This document shows, piece after piece, positions 1-6,378 of a DNA stretch of 64,000 bases. A program made the position numbers and the translations under genes. The notes under the pieces were generated by a model, which saw only the letters and a program-made list of their open reading frames with translations, was not told the DNA's origin and searched no databases. Each line of letters opens with the position of its first letter. Positions within the stretch are counted from its first letter, which is position 1. The stretch comes from Candidatus Omnitrophota bacterium (GTDB taxonomy: Bacteria; Omnitrophota; Gorgyraeia; Gygaellales; Profunditerraquicolaceae), in assembly GCA_023227985.1 (NCBI GenBank), contig JALOCB010000001.1, positions 1,431 through 65,430 on the forward strand, in the 5' to 3' direction.

Positions 1-336
1 ACTGGCCGTAGGGATACACTGCCTGCGGATAGGACAATTGGGATCATCCGGGTCGATCAAAGTAGCCCAATAAGGAGTAACGGCCATAGCCATGCGGCCC
101 TTGGCGTTCTTTAAACCTTCTTCTTCGGCAGGAGTAAGACGGATGACCTGGCTGATCTGCTCCAGGCGGGTGATCCGGTTCTTCATCTGCCAATGCCAGT
201 CTTCCCAATCCAAAGGATTAACATCCTTATAAAGGCTGATCTGCTGGTAATCCCGGGATTTCCTGCCTGGGCGAGTTACGGGAAGAATATTCTCGGTTTG
301 CATCTTCTGATTCTCAGTTACCGCAGCATTACCCAT
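1..336 (-). CDS. kamA: KamA-family lysine 2,3-aminomutase-like radical SAM protein, N-terminal 112 codons only (gene runs off the left edge of the window)
   Basis: Own translation of the - strand from the ATG at 336..334: MGNAAVTENQKMQTENILPVTRPGRKSRDYQQISLYKDVNPLDWEDWHWQMKNRITRLEQISQVIRLTPAEEEGLKNAKGRMAMAVTPYWATLIDPDDPNCPIRRQCIPTAS. This matches the conserved KamA/EpmB N-terminal region (W..W.Q..NRI...E.L......T.EE......A.......A.TPY..SLIDP.DPN.P.R.Q.IP). A GGAGG RBS lies 8 nt upstream. The ATG overlaps the stop of the upstream ddl-like gene. The radical SAM CxxxCxxC motif itself lies beyond the window, so the family call rests on the N-terminal domain only. Confidence 0.6.
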   Translation of the reverse strand, partial: MGNAAVTENQKMQTENILPVTRPGRKSRDYQQISLYKDVNPLDWEDWHWQMKNRITRLEQISQVIRLTPAEEEGLKNAKGRMAMAVTPYWATLIDPDDPNCPIRRQCIPTAS

Positions 337-1339
337 TATTCACCTTCCTCCTTTGAAAGGCGCTCATTAATATGGAATCGATTATATCCTCGTATTTCAT
401 CCCCGCGGCATAGGCCATTATCGGAAAATTGGATTCCTTGGGATTCAACCCCGGCAGCGGATTTATCTCCAGGACATATGGTATATTATCTTTGCTCAAC
501 CGGATATCCGTGCGCGAAATGTCATAACACCCTACGGCCCGGTGGGTCTTTAAAGCGGCCTCTTTTACCAGACTCTCCGTCTCGCTGTCTAAACGGGCAG
601 GGCAATGGAACGTTGGGGTAAGCCCCTGAGAATCGTCGCCCTGGAACTCCTTCATCCTCCAGGAATAGAAAAATTCTCCGGAACGCGCACAACTGGAAAA
701 ATCTATTTCCAGGATAGGCAGGATCAAAGCCTTTCCGTTCTCCAGGATCCCCACAGTCAACTCCTTGCCCTCAATGAATTCCTCAACCAACACTTCCTGA
801 TGATAAATACTGCTAAGCTCTCTTACCTTGGCGTAAAGATCGATTTCATTATTCACCACGTTAGACCTGCCTATCCCTTTAGCCGAGCCCTCCAGGTTGG
901 GTTTTAAGATAAGCGGGAATTTTAACTGGGGATCCAGGATTTCGTCGCCCTTGCTGAAAACCTGAAAAAGCGGCGTGGGGATATTATCCGCCTTTAGTAT
1001 CTTCTTGGTCATCGCCTTGTTCAAGGCCAGGGCCAGGGAAAACGTATCCGAGCCAGTATAAGGGATATTTAAATATTCAAGTATCGCCGGGATCTCCGAT
1101 TCGCGGAATTTACCGTGTTTGCCCTCGGCGATATTAAAGACCATATCTACCCGGTTATGCATGAAAAAATCCATCAGGTTAGGCCGGTCCGCATCCACGG
1201 ATTCAACCGTATGCCCCCGGGAACGCAAAGCGTTCCTGATCGCATTAACGGTCTCTTCCGAATCGAACTCAGAGAAATAATCCAGCGGCTTCGTATTATC
1301 GTCTTTCTTAAGATTATACGTGAGTGCGATCTTCATCAA
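329..1339 (-). CDS. D-alanine--D-alanine ligase family ATP-grasp protein (paralog 1)
   Basis: 336-aa ORF. Ddl-like layout: EGKHGKFRESEIPAILEYLNIPYTGSD (HG..GEDG..QG..E....PYVG-like), FPLILKPNLEGSAKGIGRSNVV (FP.FVKP...GSS.G), LVEEFIEGKELTVGIL, C-terminal YVLEINPLPGL. Overlaps the next ddl-like gene by 4 nt and kamA by a few nt. Confidence 0.75.
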   Translation of the reverse strand: MMKIALTYNLKKDDNTKPLDYFSEFDSEETVNAIRNALRSRGHTVESVDADRPNLMDFFMHNRVDMVFNIAEGKHGKFRESEIPAILEYLNIPYTGSDTFSLALALNKAMTKKILKADNIPTPLFQVFSKGDEILDPQLKFPLILKPNLEGSAKGIGRSNVVNNEIDLYAKVRELSSIYHQEVLVEEFIEGKELTVGILENGKALILPILEIDFSSCARSGEFFYSWRMKEFQGDDSQGLTPTFHCPARLDSETESLVKEAALKTHRAVGCYDISRTDIRLSKDNIPYVLEINPLPGLNPKESNFPIMAYAAGMKYEDIIDSILMSAFQRRKVNNG

Positions 1340-2325
1340 TTTGTTTTATACCTCGAGATTGCGGCTTTCAGTATCCGGCCGATGATCGCCTCATAAGAAA
1401 TCCCTATATTCTTAGCGACCAGCATAAAAACATCTTCGGTAGATAGAGACGGCAGCGGGTTGATCTCCAGCACATACGGCACGCCTTTCTCATCGACCCG
1501 AAAATCCACCCTGCCGAAATCGCGGCATTCGATCGCGTTATAGGTTTTGATCGCCTGCTCCATTATCTTTTTCTTCAAGCTGTCGCTTATGGCCGCCGGG
1601 CAGACATACTCCAATTTATCGTCATGAATATGGCCGAAGGTATAAAATTTATCTTTCAGGTTAAGTTGCCCGTCGATCTTGATCTGCACGATCGGCAGGA
1701 CCTCAGGAGGGTCGTTACCAACGATCGCCACGGTGAACTCTTCGCCGCGAATAAACTCCTCGACCAGAGCCGGTTGCTTATAGGTCGAGATCACATGCTC
1801 GACCTGTTTCATCAGCTCTCCCCTATTTTCCACCCGGGATGTCTCGGAAAGCCCCTTGGAAGAGCCCTCAAAACGCGGCTTGACAAAAAGAGGGAATTTC
1901 ATATGGTTAAGGCCGTTAAGGGAATCGCCTGATTTTATCTCCATGAACTTCGGGGTATTGATCCCGTCGGCGATAAAGACCTTCTTGGCCATGATCTTGT
2001 CCAAAGACACAGCCAGGCTTAAAGCATCCGCCCCGACAAAGGGGATCCCGGCCATCTCCAGGAGCATAGGCACCTGAGACTCGCGGTTCCGGCCGATAAG
2101 CCCTTCGGATATATTAAAGACGATATCCACATCCAGCTTATCCATATTCCCCATAAGACGGGATGCATTGCCTATCTTTTTTACCTGAAAACCGTTGGCT
2201 TCGATAGCCTTGGCGATTATCTTAACAGTGGAAGGATGGTCGAACTCGGCGTTAGCGTCCGGCGGGTCATTTTTCTTGAATTCGTAATCTGTCTTTAAAT
2301 CGTAAGTGAGTCCGACTTTTTTCAT
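1336..2325 (-). CDS. D-alanine--D-alanine ligase family ATP-grasp protein (paralog 2)
   Basis: 329-aa ORF with the same Ddl-like motif set (NISEGLIGRNRESQVPMLLEMAGIPFVGAD; FPLFVKPRFEGSSKGLSETSRV; LVEEFIRGEEFTVAIV; PYVLEINPLPSL). Tandem with and clearly diverged from paralog 1. Confidence 0.75.
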   Translation of the reverse strand: MKKVGLTYDLKTDYEFKKNDPPDANAEFDHPSTVKIIAKAIEANGFQVKKIGNASRLMGNMDKLDVDIVFNISEGLIGRNRESQVPMLLEMAGIPFVGADALSLAVSLDKIMAKKVFIADGINTPKFMEIKSGDSLNGLNHMKFPLFVKPRFEGSSKGLSETSRVENRGELMKQVEHVISTYKQPALVEEFIRGEEFTVAIVGNDPPEVLPIVQIKIDGQLNLKDKFYTFGHIHDDKLEYVCPAAISDSLKKKIMEQAIKTYNAIECRDFGRVDFRVDEKGVPYVLEINPLPSLSTEDVFMLVAKNIGISYEAIIGRILKAAISRYKTN

Positions 2326-2330
2326 ATGGT

Positions 2331-2366
2331 TTATATAAAAAAAGGCTCTGTTGAAAAAGAGCCTTT
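2331..2366 (-). terminator. Rho-independent terminator-like hairpin (aaaggctct / loop gttgaaaa / agagccttt) followed on the - strand by a U-run
   Basis: Perfect 9-bp inverted repeat at 2341-2349 / 2358-2366. The A-run 2334-2340 on + gives a U-tract on the - strand. It sits between the ApbE-like gene stop (2545) and the ddl-like paralog 2 start (2325). Confidence 0.5.
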
Positions 2367-2544
2367 GACCTTATTCTGTTTTTTCAACTGCCTGCCTTTC
2401 CTCCTCAATTCCGGATGATTTCTTTCAGCTTCATTATAATTTTTATCATAACTGCTGTTTTTGTCAAGGGTTTTCTCTCGTCGATAAATACGCTTTTTAA
2501 AATAATTTTTTTAAAATTACCGCCGGAGCGCGATCTTCCGGGGG

Positions 2545-3285
2545 TTAACGGGACAATTCAACCTGTCCCCAGGTGGCCAGAGTATCGCTTAAAATTATCA
2601 TTATCCCCCGGACCCCTTTTATAGAACTGCCGAAGGCGATAGCGCGGCCGATGTCATCCCGGGATTTTACCATATTACAGACGGCGGTAGCCAAGGCATC
2701 CGCCAATACCGCGCTGTCCGCGATGACCACCGCGCTGTCCGCGTTGCCGAAACTTACCGAATGCCCGATAGTCGCCGAAGAAGTGCAGATCCCCAGAGGA
2801 GACCGTTCCGGCTGTATCTTCACGTTTATTTTATTAAGCCTTTTGTTTTTACCCGCGTATAAACCGACCTTGACCGGGCGGGTACTCTTCATAAATATAT
2901 CGCCGCCGTTCTCGATGATCACATCGCGGAAACCTTTAGCCAGCAGGTCCCGGCCCAAGAACTGGGCGATCGCCCCGGCGACAGAAGCCATCGGCCCGAC
3001 ATTCGCCTTTGCCGACTGAACAGCCATTTCTTTAATTATCCGGTGGCTGGTCGATTCCACGGCTATCGGTTTAAGAGCCGCAATAAACCTGCGGTCTTTA
3101 TAATTGACATACTCTTCGATCTTATCCCGGTAAAAGATTATCTTTGATTCAATAAATCTTTTATCCGCCGGCTTATCGGTCAATATTAAAAGGTCCGTGT
3201 CCTTGACCGCTACGCGGATCTTGAACAAATCGCCGGCATTAACCCTGCCGCGGTAATATCGTTTCTTATATCCTTCTGTCTTCAT
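2545..3285 (-). CDS. ApbE-superfamily / UPF0280-like protein
   Basis: ENGGDIF (cf. NAGGDI) and SAVVIADSAVLADALATAV (cf. ApbE ...ADALATA) motifs. Start placed at the internal Met (MKTEGYKK), 10 nt downstream of the HAD gene stop. The listed ORF extends to 3363 and overlaps the upstream gene. Confidence 0.45.
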   Translation of the reverse strand: MKTEGYKKRYYRGRVNAGDLFKIRVAVKDTDLLILTDKPADKRFIESKIIFYRDKIEEYVNYKDRRFIAALKPIAVESTSHRIIKEMAVQSAKANVGPMASVAGAIAQFLGRDLLAKGFRDVIIENGGDIFMKSTRPVKVGLYAGKNKRLNKINVKIQPERSPLGICTSSATIGHSVSFGNADSAVVIADSAVLADALATAVCNMVKSRDDIGRAIAFGSSIKGVRGIMIILSDTLATWGQVELSR

Positions 3286-3295
3286 AACGGTATTC

Positions 3296-3922
3296 TCAGC
3301 GGCCGGAATTAACGCCGCAATCAGCCAGGTCTTGGAGCAATTGGCTGTACCCTTTGAACACAAATGCGCGGATCCCTATCCTGCCGGCCGCTTCGATCAT
3401 CTCCGGACGGTCATCCGCGTAAAAAGCTTCTGTCGGATCAACCCTTAGAATGCTCAGCGTTTTTCGGTAGATCATCGGGTCAGGCTTGACCAAACCCAGC
3501 TCATATGAAAGCAGGATTTGGTGAAAATGATCGAAAACAGGGAATTCGGATCTCAGGTATTCAAAATGCAGCTGGTTTGTGTTTGAAAGGAGGGCTACGA
3601 TATAATTAGGATACAGCCGCCTGATCAATTCATAGACCCGGCGGTTATCAGGCTTAAAAAAGAATACCCCATTCCAGATATCTTTAAACTGCTCAAAACC
3701 CATCTCGAGGCAGAGCGCCGCCTTGACCTGGACGAAGAATTCTTCCGGCGGGATACTGCCTTCCTCAAAAGGCCGGATCAATTGCGGCCGGGAAAAGATC
3801 CCGTAGATATCGCCTACGCTCTTGTTCGCGCATCCGGAGAGCTTTTCTGCGGATACGCGGGGATCCAGATCGATAAGTACATTGCCCAGATCAAAGATCA
3901 CCGCTTTTATTTTGCCCGCCAC
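3296..3922 (-). CDS. HAD-superfamily hydrolase, subfamily IA (YihX-like sugar-phosphatase type)
   Basis: N-terminal motif I AVIFDLGNVLIDLD (cf. E. coli YihX FDLGNVIVDID). Typical length of 208 aa. Confidence 0.7.
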   Translation of the reverse strand: MAGKIKAVIFDLGNVLIDLDPRVSAEKLSGCANKSVGDIYGIFSRPQLIRPFEEGSIPPEEFFVQVKAALCLEMGFEQFKDIWNGVFFFKPDNRRVYELIRRLYPNYIVALLSNTNQLHFEYLRSEFPVFDHFHQILLSYELGLVKPDPMIYRKTLSILRVDPTEAFYADDRPEMIEAAGRIGIRAFVFKGYSQLLQDLADCGVNSGR

Positions 3923-4888
3923 CTAATTATTCTTTCCTTTTGTCTTTTTAAAAAGATCCAGGAATCTGTCTTCGTATTCCTTATAAACGCTCCACTTGTC
4001 CAATTCGCTTTTTAACTCATTGGCCTTTGAAATATCCAAATCGGCCTGGGTGAAGAGTTTTTCGATCTTTTCTTTTATCGACTGCGGCAGTTTGGTCAGC
4101 TGGCTGAGAGACTTTTTGATCTTTTCTATTTCATCATCGCCTATAGGACCCGGGGCAGGGGCCAATTTCAGATGGTCAAAAAGGCTGTTGATCTGCGCCT
4201 CCATGGCACGGGCCTGAGTGATCAACTCAGACAGATCCAGCTTTATATTCAATATCTTATTTAACGCATCCAAAACCGCGTACGCGGCCTTAGGGTTCTC
4301 GATCTGTATCGTATATAAAGGGATCTCGCCTAAAAGACAGAACCCGCCCAGCCCTTCTTGTTTAGCCATACCCAGAAAAAGGCCGTTCAAGCCGCTGATC
4401 TGCCCTTCGCGCAAAAGGTTTATGTCGGATTTCTTAAGTTCAGCGATGATCTTCTGCTCGGTAGCTGTGAACCAAACGTTCGCCGGATGATTATGGTCTA
4501 CAGGCTGAGGCATTGCCGCGAAACCTATTACCTTTTTTATTTTAAAACTTTTCGCAAGGGCGATTATTCTCTTGCAGTATTCTTCGGCCTTAGCCAGATC
4601 AGGCTGGGCGTCGCTGAGCATAAACACCAGGTCGCCTTTGCCGGATTTATCTTTGTGGTAATAAAACCTGCTGAAAGGCAGCGCGGGAATATCAATCACG
4701 CCTTCGCGGATAACGCTTTCGGTCAGGTAAAAGAACTCTCCCGAAGGGATCTCGGCAAATTCTTCCGCTTTTAATTTATCGATCAGATATGATACAGCTT
4801 TAAAAGCCACCTCACCCATACCAGGCCAGCCCACAATAAGGCAGGGATTTTTCAATCTTGGTCTTTTTTTTATCTTTATTCCTTCCAT
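3923..4888 (-). CDS. PAC2 (proteasome assembly chaperone 2) family protein with C-terminal coiled-coil tail
   Basis: LIVGWPGMGEVA... PAC2-family core. Start proposed at the internal Met MEGIKIKK (ATG 4888..4886, weak GAGGGA SD) rather than the ORF-track start at 4936. The conserved 22-nt motif at 4901-4923 would otherwise be coding, and the same motif precedes another gene's ATG at 36451. Confidence 0.55.
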   Translation of the reverse strand: MEGIKIKKRPRLKNPCLIVGWPGMGEVAFKAVSYLIDKLKAEEFAEIPSGEFFYLTESVIREGVIDIPALPFSRFYYHKDKSGKGDLVFMLSDAQPDLAKAEEYCKRIIALAKSFKIKKVIGFAAMPQPVDHNHPANVWFTATEQKIIAELKKSDINLLREGQISGLNGLFLGMAKQEGLGGFCLLGEIPLYTIQIENPKAAYAVLDALNKILNIKLDLSELITQARAMEAQINSLFDHLKLAPAPGPIGDDEIEKIKKSLSQLTKLPQSIKEKIEKLFTQADLDISKANELKSELDKWSVYKEYEDRFLDLFKKTKGKNN

Positions 4889-4900
4889 ACATCCCTCTTG

Positions 4901-4958
4901 TTTCAAGACCCGGTCTTCTAACCTATTTGCCCGCATTGGTTTTCAAGACCGGGTCTTG
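4901..4958. repeat. Two inverted copies of the palindromic core AAGACC[C/G]GGTCTT (4905-4917 and 4945-4957). The first copy belongs to the 22-nt motif TTTCAAGACCCGRTCTTCTAAC that is also found at 36451-36475.
   Basis: Read directly: tttcaagacccggtcttctaacc (4901-4923) and ttttcaagaccgggtcttgg (4939-4958). The two copies can pair as a 14-bp stem. Copy 1 lies 12 nt 5' of the proposed PAC2 ATG on the - strand. Confidence 0.5.
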
Positions 4959-6074
4959 GTATCGTTGTAAAAAATTCACCAGCACATCCGCTCCGCGGTA
5001 AAGATTTTCCACCCTGACGTATTCATCAGCCATATGCGCCTGGCCTTCCGAGCCAAAACCCGTGGCAATGGCCGGGATACCTTTATCCTGAAAAAAAGTT
5101 ATTACTGTGGCGCCTTCAGACCCGCGGATCATCGGCTTTATATTCATCCGGTTCATCGCCCCGGCCAGGGATTCCACGAGTTTATGCTCCCGCGGGATAA
5201 AATAAGGCCTCTGGATACCTTCAACCTCTATTTCAAAATCACGGGTATATTTACGGACAGTCTTTTTTACGCGTTTTAGGATATCCTCGCCGTATTCCCC
5301 GGGTAAAAAACGGAAATCCAGCTCGAACTCGCACCAATCCGCCACAACATTCACCTTATCCCCGCCTTTAATGGTCCCGATATTCAGCGTCGGAGGATGA
5401 AGATATTTATTCTTTTTCTTCGCGAAACCCAGCTTCTTCAGCCCGGCAATGATCTCCAGGGACTTATCAATGGCGTTAACCCCCAGCCAGGGGTAAGCCC
5501 CGTGCGCCTTCCGGCCTTTTACCTTGACCTTAAGATGCATCAGGCCTTTTTGGGTGATCACGATCTCAAAATCATCGGCATCAAGGACGACTGCCGCGTC
5601 CGGCTTTAATATACCCTTCTTCAACAGCGGGATAAGCCCGAGCTCTGAGCCGCTTTCCTCATCAGCGGTAGCGGCAAAGATCAACTCATAATCCAGGCGG
5701 ATGTTATTTTCAACGATTATATTTATCGCCTCCAGGCCGCAGGCGAGATTGCACTTGCAATCGGTAGTTCCCAAGCCGTACATTCTGGGCCCAACAATTT
5801 TGGCCCTGAACGGATCAAAACTCCAGCTTTTGCCGACAGGAACAGTATCCAGATGCGGGGTGATCAAAAGCGACCGGCCGCCCTTTTTCCCTGGAAGGCG
5901 CCCGATGATATTGCCCCTTCCCTTCGCGAAGGCATATTCCGTTGTCCTGACCCCCAGTTTATTTAGATACCCGCGGACAAAAGCCGCCACAGAGAGTTCA
6001 TTGCCCGGAGGATTCTGGGAATCCCGCCTGATCAGGTCCTGCATAAGTTCAAGCAAACGTTTTTTATTAGCCAT
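4923..6074 (-). CDS. M20 family metallopeptidase (ArgE/DapE/acetylornithine deacetylase-like)
   Basis: 383 aa. LLITPHLDTVPVG and GLGTTDCKCNLA (M20 H.D / G..D.K motifs). Dimerisation-domain-sized middle region. Confidence 0.75.
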   Translation of the reverse strand: MANKKRLLELMQDLIRRDSQNPPGNELSVAAFVRGYLNKLGVRTTEYAFAKGRGNIIGRLPGKKGGRSLLITPHLDTVPVGKSWSFDPFRAKIVGPRMYGLGTTDCKCNLACGLEAINIIVENNIRLDYELIFAATADEESGSELGLIPLLKKGILKPDAAVVLDADDFEIVITQKGLMHLKVKVKGRKAHGAYPWLGVNAIDKSLEIIAGLKKLGFAKKKNKYLHPPTLNIGTIKGGDKVNVVADWCEFELDFRFLPGEYGEDILKRVKKTVRKYTRDFEIEVEGIQRPYFIPREHKLVESLAGAMNRMNIKPMIRGSEGATVITFFQDKGIPAIATGFGSEGQAHMADEYVRVENLYRGADVLVNFLQRYQDPVLKTNAGK

Positions 6075-6089
6075 TTATTTACGCCTTAA

Positions 6090-6299
6090 TCAGTGCCCGC
6101 AAGAAGAGCAGTTATGCGAAGAGCATCCCCCGCATTTCGATGAAGAGCTGCCCGAATCTGAACTAAAAGCGAAAACGGAGAATAACTTCTTCGGTTTTCC
6201 ATGGCGGCATTTAGGGCAAACCACTTCCTCGCCTGCCCTACGGACCAGATACTCGAATTTATTCCCGCATTTTACGCATTCAAACTCATAAAGAGGCAT
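6090..6299 (-). CDS. FmdB family zinc-ribbon protein
   Basis: MPLYEFECVKCGNKFE...VVCPKCRHGK: classic FmdB CxxC...CxxC N-terminus, followed by a Ser/Cys-rich tail. Confidence 0.8.
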   Translation of the reverse strand: MPLYEFECVKCGNKFEYLVRRAGEEVVCPKCRHGKPKKLFSVFAFSSDSGSSSSKCGGCSSHNCSSCGH

Positions 6300-6340
6300 G
6301 GTTGTATCCTTAAATATGCCCGGGCGTCTCCGGGGAAACT

Positions 6341-6346
6341 ATTATA
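6341..6346 (-). promoter_or_regulatory. Candidate extended -10 element (TGgTATAAT on the - strand) upstream of fmdB
   Basis: The - strand reads ...ttcttctggtataatag... then AAGGAT RBS 8 nt before the fmdB ATG. No convincing -35. Confidence 0.35.
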
Positions 6347-6378
6347 CCAGAAGAAACTATAAAATCCAGACTGTTTAC

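Noticed and set aside
193-1396. + strand ORFs (193..621, 605..907, 1115..1396) overlapping the ddl-like genes
   Set aside because: Antisense to well-supported - strand genes with clear family motifs. No motifs of their own. Typical spurious ORFs in GC-balanced coding DNA.
2376-2544. Possible small RNA or small ORF in the 170-nt gap between the terminator and the ApbE-like gene
   Set aside because: No convincing structure, promoter or conserved peptide could be recognised by eye. Left unannotated.
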